A DNA stretch of 64,000 bases from assembly GCA_951406725.2 (NCBI GenBank), contig OX597829.1, positions 744,001 to 808,000 on the forward strand, given 5' to 3'. Of this stretch, positions 41,405-55,790 are shown piece by piece; within the stretch, counting starts at the first letter, position 1, and every line of letters begins with the position of its first letter. A program made the position numbers and the translations under genes. Source of the DNA: Octopus vulgaris (lineage: Eukaryota). The notes under the pieces were generated by a model, which was not told the origin of the DNA, ran no database searches, and was given only the letters and a program-made list of their open reading frames with translations.

Positions 41405-42712
41405 CGGGAGGCTTTATGAAAATAAACAAAAGACGAAGGCAAGTGGAGTACAAACAAACAATTTTTATTAGTATGGCGCTCAGGAATATAAATAAAACAA
41501 GTCATTTACGTTTCGAGCCTACGCTCTTCAACAGAATGATACACAGAAAAGAAACACGGAGAGAAACAAGGAGAGAAAAAAATGCGTGCAGAAGCTAGCG
41601 ATTCAACATGGCGATCTGATTCTGGCCAGAAGTCAGAGATCAAACGTGAGACGCAAGAGCGAAAATAGGGGAGATAACAGGGTCAAATGACTTCGCTCCA
41701 ACATAAGGGTGCGTGTGTGTATGAGGGAGTATGTGTTGCGTATGAAAGATCTGGACGTGTGTATGTATGTTTGATGTGATGTGTAATGTCGTATGGTGTA
41801 GTGTAGAGAGGGGAGATGAGGGGAAGAGTGAGAGAGAGTGGTGGAGAGGGGGAGGAGATGAAGGGGGAGAGGGGAAGAGAGGGAGAAGGAAAGATGAGGG
41901 AGGAGGGACAAGAGGAAAGGTGAGAGTGAGGAGGGGAGATGAGGGGGAGAAGGAAAGAAGGAGGGGGTGAGGGGGAAATGAGAGGGGGGAGAAGGAAAGA
42001 GGAGAAGAGGAGGGAGGAGGAGGGGGAATGGGGGATAAGGAAGGAGAGGAGAAGAGGAGGGGGAAAGGAGGGGAGATAGGGGGAAAGGAGGAGGGGGAGG
42101 ATAGGGGGAAGGGAGGAGGGGATGATAGGGGGAGGGAGAAGGGGAGTGAGGGAGCAGAGAGAAAGAGAGAAGGGGAAGAAGGAAGAAGAAAGAGGAAAGA
42201 AGAGGAGGGAAAGAGAGTAGGGGTGAAAAGATGAAGGACCGAAGAGAAGCAGGAGTCGGGGTGGAGGTTAGATGAGGAGGGGGGGAGAGTTGAGACCAAA
42301 TGGCGTAAAAGAACGAAGAGAGAAGATTAATCCCTGTTCACGGCGCAAACGGGAATCCGGATGGCCTCTGTGCAAGGACAAACCGAACACAGACAGGTGT
42401 TGCAAGGAGTGACTGGTGGAGCGGAAATGGCGTGAGACCGGTGTGTCGTTGGCAAGGCGGATGTCACGGAGGTGTTCCGCGAACCGGTCAGCCAAGCGGC
42501 GTCCGTTTGTCCGATGTACAGGGAATGGCAGAGAGAGCAAGAGATGCAATAGATGATATTACTGGAGGTGCAGGTGAACGAGTTGATGATGCGATAGGGT
42601 CGATGATGGGTGCCAGTGAGGAGGGTGATGTTGGAGAGGTAAGGGCAAGTGTGGCAACGTGGGCGGTAGCAGGGGAACGAGCCAGGTTGGGAGGTAGGGT
42701 CAGGGAAGGAGC
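41405..42712 (-). mobile_element. Neptune-type Penelope-like retroelement 3' part: Cys-rich linker + GIY-YIG, simple-repeat spacer, pseudo-LTR with HHR
   Basis: PGSFPCYRPRCHTCPY...FTCTSSNIIYCISCSLCHSLYIGQT/(frameshift)RRLADRFAEHLRDI...VSRHF...RLRREQGLIFSL...PFGLN; ~450-bp pyrimidine-rich tract; LTR family L1 with HHR at 41502-41539. Confidence 0.9.
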
Positions 42713-42732
42713 TATACCTATATATATATATA

Positions 42733-42951
42733 TACTCTTTTACTCTTTTACTCTTTTACTTGTTTCAATCATTTGACTGCGGCCATGCTGGAGCACCACC
42801 TTTAGTCGAGCGAATCGACCCCGGGACTTATTCTTTGTAAGCCCAGTACTTATTCTATCGGTCTCTTTTGCCGAACAGCTAAGTGACGGGGACGTAAACA
42901 CACCAGCATCGATTGTCAAGCAATGCTAGGGGAATAAACACAGACACACAA

Positions 42952-43012
<61 letters not shown>

Positions 43013-43150
43013 TACGACAGGCTTCTTTTAGTTTCCGTCTACCAAATTCACTCACAAGGCATTGGTCGGCCTGGGGCTATAGCAGAAGATGCCACGCAGT
43101 GGGACTGAACCCGGAACCATGTGGTTGGTAAACAAGGTACTTACCACACA
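42733..43150 (-). mobile_element. SINE family B
   Basis: Reverse-complement match to 16607-17015. Confidence 0.9.
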
Positions 43151-43205
43151 ATATATATATTTATATATACATATATATATGTATATATATATATATATAT
43201 ATATA

Positions 43206-43358
43206 CTTTATTTTAAGCAGCAGAAAATTCAACAAAATCTGTTACTCTGAGTTTCTCGTTGCCGTTCATCAGACTGATGAACGGCAACGAGAAACTCAGA
43301 AACTCAGAGAAACTCAGAGTAACAGATTTTGTTGAATTTTCTGCTGCTTAAAATAAAG
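43206..43358. repeat. Palindrome of two back-to-back HHR cores
   Basis: ...GTTGCCGTTCATCAG-A-CTGATGAACGGCAAC...; each arm reads CTGATGA-acg(gcaa)cga-GAAACTCAGA. Confidence 0.8.
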
Positions 43359-43429
43359 CATATTACTCTACCACTGGTATTTGAGTACTCTTTTTTCCAC
43401 CTTGTTTCACATTTATGTGTTTACTCCGG

Positions 43430-43461
<32 letters not shown>

Positions 43462-43481
43462 CACACACACATACATACATA

Positions 43482-43541
<60 letters not shown>

Positions 43542-44407
43542 CAAAATGGGACAAGAACGCAAAACATCCGGACAACTAGGTGATACAAAAGGGGACAAAA
43601 CATTCAGATAGACAATACAAAAAAAAACACGCACGGGTCATTCAGAGCCTTTTATCCCCAGTCAAGAACCGGATCATCCGTGCAATTTCGGCTGATTAAT
43701 CTCGAGATTGCTTCAATCTGGCCAGCCCCAACCAAAAACTAAGCTAAGAGCATTAGATTTCTTGGAAAAAAGCATCGGATGTATACGAAACAAGGACGGA
43801 AAAACAGACGATGTTACACGAATATAAATACAAAAATACAATAAAAATGAATGATAATAATAATAATAACAGGACATAACAACAGGCGTCTTTCGACTGG
43901 GACGAATTGAATTCAGCTGGCGTGTATGGAAATGAAGCCTGGTATAGATGAATGCCCGAGTCGGCATGTTTCTTTGACAACTTTCAATTTAACATGCTTG
44001 TAACAACGTCTTTCAAATAGGAAACCAGAGGCACTGCATTTGAATAAATGTAATTCCAAGAAGGCATTTTCGCTACCATTTTTGCCTCGCTTTGGGAAAT
44101 TTATATTTTCATTTCTTTTAGTTATTTCTTAATGTAGCTCATTTGTTTTACTATTTAGAATTTTTCAATTACTGTATAACATTTCTGATTCTTCCTATAT
44201 ATTTTTTAAAGTTTTGTAATAATACATATCTATAATACACCAATTCTCATTCTTTTACTTTAACAAATTCTTGCCACTGAGTTAGAAAATATTTTCAAAT
44301 ACGTAATTTTCATATTGTGAACGACTATGATTTTTTTGTATATACATCCTCCAATTTACGTTTATTATCATGATCATACACACATACATGTCCAACAGTC
44401 TATCTTC

Positions 44408-44463
<56 letters not shown>

Positions 44464-45300
44464 AATATATATATATATATATTATATATTTATATATATA
44501 TATATATATATATACATACATATATATGCATACATATATAGTATATATAATATGTACACACATATATACAAATATATATATATATATATGAATACATATA
44601 TATGCATACATATATAAATAATATATATAATATGTAAACACATACATACATACAGATATATACATACATATATACACACAAACATACAAACACGCATAAT
44701 TACACACATACACACATACATACATACATGTATACACGCATACATAGATACATACATACATACATACATGCATACATACATACATACATACATACATACA
44801 TACATACATACATACATACATACATACATACATACATACATACATACATACATGCTTGCATACATACATACACGCATACATACATAAACATGTATATTTA
44901 GCAGTAATTGGCAGATTCATTACCAACTCAGTGACTAATATTTCAAACTGATTCATTCGACATCTTCCTCTGAAATACGACTTCCGTACGAAGTCTACCC
45001 ATTTTCAGTGTTTTTATGTTTATACACTCAACATTAAAGATGAAGAAAGAGGTCCCAGTGGAAAACTTAGTCCCTGAATGCTTATTTAATTTTGTTCGAC
45101 TAATATTTTATATTTCACTTTACTTTGGTGAATTATGCTTTATTACAAGTAATAACAATATTGGTATCACGAGAGGATTTTCAGATTTGTGTATAGACGT
45201 ACTAAAGAAAAAAGAAAGCAGACACGGAGAAATCTGAACTCGTACAAATGCATAGACATGTCGGTTTTTCGCGCGCACGTATATGTGTTTGTGTGTGTGT

Positions 45301-45362
<62 letters not shown>

Positions 45363-45548
45363 TTGTGTGTATATGTGTTTGTGTATGTGTATTTGTGTGT
45401 GTATGAGTGTTTGTGTGTGTGTTTGTGTGTATCTGTGTCTGTGTGTGTGTTTGTGTGTGTGTGAGTATGTTTTTGTCTGTGTTTGTGTGTGTGTATTTGT
45501 GTGTTTGTGTGTGTGTGTGTTCGTGTGTGTGTATGTTTGTGTGTGTGG

Positions 45549-45583
<35 letters not shown>

Positions 45584-46089
45584 TGTGTATGTGTGTGTGT
45601 GTGTGCTTGTGTACGAGCATACATATATCCGAATTAATAATTTTCTGATCAGACCAATACTCTATACGGATTCGTATGTATATAAAAACTCGCACGTGCA
45701 CAGCCACTTACTCGCACACATGCACACAAACATACACGTACTGGATTAACTTTATAGCAAGAGTATTAGCACGATGTATTGCAAACGAATAATCGAATGC
45801 CTTTTTTAAAAATATATTTTTCGTTCTTTTGTCGTAAAATTACAAAGTTATTTTACATAATGTAATAATATTTCGAGTCGAAAATTCTTTTTCAAATTGA
45901 AAATCTCATTCATTGCAGAAAACAATTAATACTCCCTAAGTCACCTTCATTAGGATCACTGAATAAAGAACTTAATTATGCATGTTCTTCAACTTAACTT
46001 AGTTTAACTTTGGCATGATCCTCACCCCTTTAATGGTAAAACGCTAGAAGCGAACCACGTGGTTTATGCTACTAATGCTACTGCTAGAA

Positions 46090-46128
<39 letters not shown>

Positions 46129-47470
46129 ACGACGACGACGATGACGATGATGATGAAGATGATGTTGATGTTGATGATGATGATGATGACGATGATGTTG
46201 ATGTTGATGATGATGATGATGACGATGATGATGATGATGATGACGACAACGTCGACTGCGACGATGACAGCGACGACAGCGGTATGCAAATTACGAAGCA
46301 GGGAAGGAGGAGGAGGAGGAGGAAGTGGAGGAGCTGAATGCTCATTTATTCGATTATCGATCGACTGATTTCCAATCACACAAACTTGAAATCATAAAAT
46401 ATTCGTTGTCTATTCTGCTTGATTATTCGCAATCATATAAATTCTTTGTTGCTACATGAATTCCGTTACGTTGCACTGTAATTTATTGTCCACCATAATC
46501 TGAAACATGGTTGTTGCGGTCATCATCAACCCTTGGACATTACTGTCTCGAATTGTGCGACACACAGAATAGGTTTTCCGCTTCCCATGGACTAAATGTG
46601 ACAGATGTCACAAAATCACTCCGACACCCCATCCAGAACAGGCCTCCAGGTTGTCATAGAGTAATTTATTTACAACCGAGTGGACTGAACCAACGTGAAA
46701 TGAAGTATTTTGCTAAAGAATTCAATGCACTGCCTAGTCTGGGAATCGAATCCACAAGCCTGCAATTGAGAGTGCAGCACCCAAACCACTAACACACACG
46801 ACTTCACGGTTGTTGGTGATATCCGTCTCACCAAATTTACAAATGAAACAATTTATATTTTTGGTTGTTCGGTGTTTCTCTCTCTACAAGAAAATCTGAC
46901 CAACTACATTATCATGTCTCTTAATCGTGGAATTCTCAAGCCATTATTGTTATTTTTCTTCCATCTTACAGGAAAAAGGCGGACAACGTATTTTCCCTTG
47001 AGGTACGCTGTGGCACAGTCACTCGAAGCTGAGACAAGAAGCAGCTATGTTAGAAATACCATTGAAATATTGTTGCGGTTAAAGTCACCGTGGGATTTCA
47101 TGATAAGCGACAGAGATAATAAGACTCGAAATATTGAGTTTAGTATCAAGTAACTATGAACAACACTCTCTTGCCTCCTTTCCCGAATTTCGTAGAAATC
47201 CGTAGGGGGGAAAATGTTATAATGAAGAATTTATATGATTACGAATTATCAAGCAGAGTAGACAACGAATATTTCGTAAATGAATATCAGTCGATCGATA
47301 ATCGAATAAATGAGCATTCAGCACCTCCCTCTTCCTCTTCCTCTAACATCCTTTTTCTCATCCGCTCCGTAATCAGCATCCTACCGCTGCCACCGTCGCT
47401 GCCACCGTCGCCGCCGTCGCCGCCGCCATCATCATCATCAACATCATCATCATCATCATCACCAACATCC
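46090..47470. repeat. Old inverted duplication around a ~0.8-kb spacer
   Basis: GCTGAATGCTCATTTATTCGATTATCGATCGACTGAT (46332-46368) mirrored at ~47286-47322; (GAT)n mirrored by (ATC)n. Confidence 0.8.
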
Positions 47471-47527
47471 TAATTTGTAGTAATAGTAGTAGTAGTGGCA
47501 GCAGCAGAAGCAGCAGTAGTAGTAGTG

Positions 47528-47585
<58 letters not shown>

Positions 47586-47608
47586 CAGCAGCAGCAGCAG
47601 TAGTGGTG

Positions 47609-47664
<56 letters not shown>

Positions 47665-48007
47665 GTAGTAGTAGTAGTATCATTAGCAGTATCTACAGTA
47701 CTAACAGCAGCAGCAGCAGCAGTTGTAATTAATTGGCGGGTATATCCACCCCGTTGTACCGTATTGTTTGTTGGCGCATTGTGCCATTGTGACTCTTGTA
47801 AAAAGACTTCTACAAAATAATTATTATTTTCTGAAGGATTTTCTTTCTTTGAATTTGCTTTCTCGGAAATAGTTCTACATAGAATTGTCTGAGATTGTTC
47901 TTTCCGTCTCTTTGGCTTTCTTTGCCGTATTCAGAGATAGAATTCCCTGAACGGACATTATTATCGAGAAAATTATGAAATACACACACACACAAACACT
48001 CACACAT

Positions 48008-48068
<61 letters not shown>

Positions 48069-48173
48069 CAGTATATAAATAGATATATATATTTATATAT
48101 ATATACACACATATTATTATACCTGCACATATACATACATGCCTACCTACATATACACATATATGTATATGTT

Positions 48174-48224
<51 letters not shown>

Positions 48225-48251
48225 TACATATAGATGTACCTATATCTATCT

Positions 48252-48363
<112 letters not shown>

Positions 48364-49170
48364 AATATATATGCATATACACGCGCGCGGGCTCACGTTC
48401 ACAAACACACAGAAACAAATTATAAACACATACACACGCGAACACAAACAAAATGCGTATAGCAACAACAACAAGTAGAATACATACAAGAATTAACACA
48501 AAATAATAATAAAAAAAAAAGAAACAAAAGCGAAACAACATATATAAAAATAATATAATATAAAACTTGTAACTGCCAAAACAAAAACCAAGAAATGAAA
48601 GAAGAAAAATGGCAAAAGTTAAACCTGGGATGAAAAATAGAAAAAGAAAGCAAAAAAGACGAACGATAATAAAAACAAGTACAAAAATTGCATTTTTAGT
48701 TCCTTTTGGGCGGAAAGTTTTTTTTTTTCTTTTGGAAGACAAATTGCCCGAAAATATTTCATGTCTGCTAAATTCAAGGGAAAATTGCTTCCAATCAATA
48801 ATATATAAACCAACGATCATGATTGATTTGATTTCTTTCTTGCATAAAGAATCCATAACTGGTAAAGAAATGGTGAGAAAGGAAGGAAGGAAGGAAGGAA
48901 AGAGGTGAGAGAAACTGGTTGCGTGAGGTGGGTGGGTGGGGGGGAGGTCTTCTGAGTGGAATAATGCTAAACTGATGGAAAAGACAAGGTAAGAAAAGAA
49001 AAGAAAAAAAAAAGAGGAAAAAAAGAAAAATAGAAAACAAGTAACAAAATATAAAAAGAAAAACAGAAAGAAAAAATGGCAGGATTTAGATGTATCAGGG
49101 CAGAAAGTTATGGCGCAGAAGAAAGTACATAAGTATATGAGTAACTAGAAAGAAAAGTATACAAACGTAC

Positions 49171-49239
<69 letters not shown>

Positions 49240-49306
49240 TGTACATACATCCATACATACACACACACACATATATATATATCAGTTGGTAATATATATA
49301 AGTCGG

Positions 49307-49416
<110 letters not shown>

Positions 49417-49460
49417 TATATATACATATATATAGACATATATAGACATATACATGTATG

Positions 49461-49516
<56 letters not shown>

Positions 49517-50023
49517 CATGTATACGTGTAAATGTATATTTATATATATAAATGCATGCAGACATACATATATACATTCAGATGTAAATATAATATATAA
49601 AACGGACAGAATAAAAATAGTGTGAATTATAAAGTACGAAAGAAAATATATAGAAACACACGTGTACATACATTTATATGTGCATGTATATATGTGTATA
49701 CATGCGCGTATTATATTCTAAAATATTCATATATACATATATATATAAATATATAGACACACACGTATATATATATGTATATATACTTACAAATATATAC
49801 ATATATGCATATGTAAGCTTCTATGCATATATGTATGTAGATGTACGCGTCTGTAGAAACAAGAATGGAAAAGATATTGAAAGAGCGATAAAACACGGGA
49901 AAATTAAAAATATGACTCCGCCGCATTTCTTTGTACAACAACGGCAACAACAACTAGTACTACTGCTGCTGCTGCTACTACTACTATGTTTAGTAGTTAC
50001 TACTACTATGTTTAGTAGTAGTA

Positions 50024-50085
<62 letters not shown>

Positions 50086-50138
50086 GGTGGTGGTGTTGGT
50101 GTTGGTGGTGGTGGTGTTGGTGGTGGTTGTGGTGGTGA

Positions 50139-50179
<41 letters not shown>

Positions 50180-50978
50180 AATAGAATTTCACTATGATGG
50201 TGGTGAAGTCGGTAGTCGTGATGGCGATTAGGAGGAAGAGGTCGACGACATGTACGATGACGATGACGATGATGATGATGATGATGATGATGACGACGAT
50301 GATGATGATGATGATGATGGTGACGATGATGGTGACGATGATGGTGATGATGATGATGATGACGATGATGATGATGATAAAGAAGAAGAAGAAGAAGAAG
50401 AAGAAGAAGAAGAAGAAGAAGAAGAAGAAGAAGAAGAAGAAGAAGAAGAAGAAGAAGAAGAAGAAGAAGAAGAAGAAGAAGAAGAAGAAGAAGAAGAATA
50501 TTTCCAGGATAGTGTCAGCAAAACGACTTCGAAGGAAAAACAGAAATGAAAATAAGAAAAAGAAGAAAGAATGAATGAATGAATGAATGAATGAATGAAT
50601 GAATGAATGAATGAAATCCAAGAATGAGGGAAAGGAAAAAGAAAAATCAGAAAAAGATTTAAAAAAAGTAAAGGACAAAAAGAAATAGATAAAAATAAGC
50701 AATAAATAAATATATAAATGTATAAAGAAAGAAAGAAAGAAAGAAAGAAAGGAAGGAAGGAAGAAAGAAAGAAAGAAAGAAAGAAAGTAAAAAGAAAGAT
50801 AAGAAATGGAAATAAAGTTATTCATCTGAAAGACATTTTCCCTCCTCTGTGTAATTTTAATAGGATATTAAACTGGTCCGGGGCATAAAAGGATATGCGG
50901 GAGTGTAAATATTGATATACTATGCTCGTTCAAGCGTGATATGTATTATCATTATTATTGCTCCGGTTAGTTTGGTCG

Positions 50979-51009
<31 letters not shown>

Positions 51010-51418
51010 CAGCAGCAGCAGCATCTCTACCACCATCGTCATCGTCATCATTATCATCGTCGTCGTCGTCGTAGTCGTCGTCATCGTCGTCGTCATCATC
51101 ATCATCATCATCAGCGCATTCACCATGCTCATCCTCGTCCTCTCTTTATCATCATTAGCATCGCCAACAGCAGCAGCAGCAGCAGCAGCAGCACATCATC
51201 GTTGTCATCATCGTCCCCAACATTGTCAACATCAATATTCGTCGTTTGTCATCATCATCATCATCGTCGTCATCATCATCATCATCATCACCGTCATCAT
51301 CATCATAATCGTCATCATCACCATCAACATCATCATCATCATCATAATCATCATCATCACCATCAACATCATCAATACCATCATCATCACTATTATCATC
51401 TTCACCGTCGCAGTCATT

Positions 51419-51452
<34 letters not shown>

Positions 51453-52418
51453 CCACCACCATTATTATTGTTATCGTCGTCGTTTATTGTTGAGATTGTA
51501 ATGACGAAGGAGGAGATGTGTCTATGGTGGTGGTGGTGGTGGTGGTTGCGGTTGTGGTGGTTAACATTGTGAAGGCGATATTGTTGCTGTTGTTATATTC
51601 GAGGTGTTAGGTTGGTCTGTTTAAGGTCGGTTTCGGCCTTTCTGATTGTCTCATTAGTTCTTGTTGTATTGGTTGTTGTCCTATGCGGTGGCGCCGGTGA
51701 GTAGGCATTGTTGTTGTTTTATTCTGTGACGGTGGCAGTTGCTGTGGTGGTGACGGCTCTAATGTTGGTAGTAGCAGTGATAACCGCTCATATAATACTT
51801 GCTCTTTCTTGTTGTTGTTGTTGTTGTCATTTTTCGTCGTCGTCGTCGTCATCTTTTCTGCTAGAAATGTTACCGTTTTTTGCTGCCACTGTTGTTGCAA
51901 GTCCAGCGCAACTCAACTAAGCTATTTGACTTACACGTTCCTCATTCTTTTCCTCCTTTCTTCCGTATCTTTCCTAAACTCTTCATTTCCTTCCTTCCCT
52001 TCTTTCTTTCGTTCTTTCTTTCTGCCAACCTTCCTTCTTTCCCTTCTTTCTTCCCCTCCTATATTTTTCTTTCTCCGATAAACATTATGCATAAAGCGCA
52101 TTGGTATTCCGTGAAGCGTTCTAATTCAATGGTCATAAAACACGCCATTCGAACAGCTTCTCATCTAGATATGCCACATACACTCACACTCTCCCACTCT
52201 CCCACTTACTCACTCACACACTCACTCACCCGCTCACTCAATCACTCACTCACTTTCTTGCTTACTCCTTCACTTATCCAACCTCTCTTTTCTTCCTTTC
52301 CATCTTTCTTTTTCTGTCCGCCATTTTCCCTTTTTTTCCTATTTCGTTTCAGCTCTCTACAATCTCGCTCTATCCTTCTCTTCTTTAAGTCCCATACTCC
52401 ATCTTACTTTTTGTTTCA

Positions 52419-52542
<124 letters not shown>

Positions 52543-53314
52543 CACACACGCACACATACACGCTCCACCGTACCAACATCCATTGCTCGCCTCGCTCAAC
52601 TTATCGTTAAAACATACCGATGCATTGATACACACTGTAAGCCGATAAAGGCAATCAATGTACAACATACAAGAAAAATATGACGATGAGAATAAACGGT
52701 GTTCTGATCAAGTAAGCTCATTTTCAACCTTACAGATCACAGAATAAACTACACTGATGTTCCTAGAATATTCGTCACACTGCACATTACATTATGGTAA
52801 ATTTATACCTAAAAGACGAATATAGTTGTCCATTTTGGATATTGCAAAAATGGTTGTTTTTTTATTATATTTCATTTATTCTTCTTTTTCATATCAAGCT
52901 TTTGTCATGTACAATTTTCTTTTCTTTTTTCAATTCCTTATTTTTTTTTCTTTTACTTTCTGTAATTGCCTTTTATATTTTATTTATTTATTTTTTTTTG
53001 TATTTCGCGTTCTCGTTATTTTTATGTTGAATTCAATGCGTTTATTATATAAAAAAAAGAGATACGCATACACATTAATTCATACATAAAGATATACGTT
53101 TATATGTATTCACGTACATATATATATATATATATACATTCATACATACGTGCTTATACATACATCCTTACCTGGAACAGGACTAATATACACACACGTA
53201 TGTACGTACATACATATGTGTAGGTACATCCATGTATATGTGTGTGTGTGTGTGTGTATGCATGGATACATGTTGGTGTGTGTGTGTGTGTATAAATATA
53301 CATAGATATATATT

Positions 53315-54020
53315 GGGCAAACGGAAACTGAAAGAAGCCTGTCATATATATATGTATGTATGTATGTATATATGTGTGTGTGTCTGTGTTTGTCCTTCCA
53401 CCATCACTTGACAACAGATGTTGGTGTGTTTACGTCCCCGAAACTTAGCAGTTTGGCTTACGAGACCGACAAAATAAGTACTAGGCTTAGAAAGAATAAG
53501 TCCTGGGGTCGATTTGTTCGACTAAAGGTAGTGCTCCAGCATGGCCACAGTCAAATGACCGATACAAGTAGGAGAATAAAAGAACACACACACACGTATA
53601 TATATATATATATATATATATATACGTGAACGTATGTATGTATGGTTGTATTATGTATTATGTACGCATGTATATATATCTTTTATCTGTTCCTTGTTTC
53701 AGTCATTAGACAGCGGCCATACTGGAGCACCTCCTTCAAGGGCTTTAGCCGCATAAAGCGACCCTAGGGCTTTGTTTTTAAAACCTGGTACTTATTCTAA
53801 TACAGATACCGAAACACATACACACACAAATACACACGCAAAACACACACACACACACAGATATACACGACGGGCTTCTTTCATTTTCCGTCTACTAAAT
53901 CCAATTACAAATCTTAGGTCAGCCCGAGGCTGTAGTAGAAGACACTCACCCAAGGTGCCACGCAGTGGAATAGAACCTGTAGCCATGTAGTTGTGAAGTA
54001 GGCTTCTTACTACACAACCA
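53315..54020. mobile_element. Two diverged SINE family B copies, tail to tail (+ 53315-53585; - 53680-54020)
   Basis: Family B motifs on opposite strands. Confidence 0.8.
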
Positions 54021-54442
54021 CGTCTCTGTGTGTTTGTGTGTGTATATGTGTGTGTGTATGTGTGTGTGTGTATGTGTGTGTGTGTGAGTGTGTGCTTGTT
54101 TTCGGGCGATTATAGTTCCCTGTCTGTACATCTGTATGCAATTATGTGCTTTGATTACAGCATTAGAGGTTTTTAACTCTTATTTCTAGCAATGTAGTGG
54201 TCCTTAAACCCCAGTCATGTTTAGAGACAGTTATAGTTTTCCTTTTTAGTAACACATTGCACACTGCTGTCTATATTAATTTATATAAATATATATACAA
54301 ACATGGCCTGCTCGCTTAGCCAGCGGGGTGGCGTCATTTGAAGGCTAAAACAATGCGAAGCGCATTGTGACCAGCGATGTGTAGCAACATCTGATAGCTT
54401 GGTCGGTCACGGTGATTACGGTGATATATACACACATATATG

Positions 54443-54478
<36 letters not shown>

Positions 54479-54510
54479 AGCGCACAAACATACTCGCACA
54501 AACATATGTA

Positions 54511-54984
54511 CTGAATGTACATATAATGCCATTTTATTTCATTAAGTTTTATAAATTAAATCGGCTAAATGCTTCCCATCATTGTCAGCACACTGTTGGA
54601 GACGTTCATGAAAGTTATCGATAACTCTATGGATCATTTCTTCTGGAATGGTGAAATGTAATTTCTTCTTGTGGGAATATTTAAAATCAAAAGTATTCAG
54701 TCATCGCCTTCGATCTATTGATGAATTAAAACATGCAATTTGTGTAGAAATAGCAATCATTCCAGAAGAAATGATCCATAGAGTTATCGATAACTTTCCT
54801 GAACGTCTCCAACAGTGTCAACAGACAATGATGGGAAAGCATTTAGCTGGTTTAATTTTTAAAACTTAATGAAATAAAATGGCATTATATGGACATTCAG
54901 AAAATAAAATTTTTCTTTTCATTATTTCTTATTTTGTGCTTTTCTTAAGCCTCCAAATGTGTCAGATCATTTCAGTCCACCCTG
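54511..54984 (+). mobile_element. Tc1/mariner-superfamily 3' fragment with foldback duplication
   Basis: CNFFLWEYLKSKVFSHRLRSIDELKHAI...GKHL (transposase C-terminus); ends CCACCCTG|TA; 54511-54650 is the reverse complement of 54758-54900. Confidence 0.8.
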
Positions 54985-55113
54985 TATTTACTATCTTACA
55001 GTAGAGATAGATCAGTATGACGACCAGTTTATTATACTTTACCGTGGCCGGAGAGCTCACGCCTACCATGTCGAACCTTTTCTTTGATCAACGTATATTT
55101 TTGTAACTTAGTA

Positions 55114-55790
55114 GGCGTAAGAGTGGCTGTGTGGTAAGTAGCTTGATGAGGAAGACAAAGAATAATGAAAAATATATTTTTGTAATTTGTAATTTGAATT
55201 TTTGAATTTTTTAATTATAATTTTGATTTATATTGATTTAAATTAAACAATGATTTCGAGGGGGTCATCGGTCGGCAGGCGCCGGTGTCCCTCCAATTAT
55301 TATTAATTTTTTTTTTCATCTTTGTTGTTTTCATACATATTAATGTCTCTGTTCAGCCCGCAGCCACATTTATCTGTATTGGACCTTCATGGTCAATTCG
55401 ATGAAATAAAGTAGCTTGCTTACCAACCACATGGTTCCGGGTTCAGTCCCACTGCGTGGCACCTTAGTCAAGTGTCTTCTACTATTGCCTCGGACCGACC
55501 AAAGCCTTGTGAGTGGATTTGGTAGACGGAAGCCGAAAGAAGCCCGTCGTATATATATATGTGTGTGTGTATGTTTGTGTGTGTGTATGTTTGTGTGTCT
55601 GTGTTTGTCCACCCAACATCGCTTGACAATCGATGCTGGTGTGTTTACGTCCCCGTAACTTAGCGGTTCGGCAAAAGACACCGATAGAATAAGTACTAGT
55701 CTTACAAAGAATAAGTCTTGGGGTCGATTTGCTCGACTAAAGGCGGTACTCCAGCATGGCCGCAGTCAAATGACCGAAACAAGTAAAAGA
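55114..55790 (+). mobile_element. SINE family B interrupted by a 263-bp insertion
   Basis: Head broken at AAGTAGCTTG, which is duplicated at 55136-55145 and 55409-55418. Confidence 0.88.

Noticed and set aside
42268-42712. Possible selenocysteine (in-frame UGA) PLE
   Set aside because: All Cys positions I read use TGC; no in-frame TGA at conserved sites
42432-42776. + strand 114-aa ORF
   Set aside because: Antisense shadow of the Neptune GIY-YIG coding sequence
51607-51900. Minus-strand Q/T/P-rich ORF, possible host exon
   Set aside because: Low complexity, flanked by stops, no recognisable domain or supported splice structure
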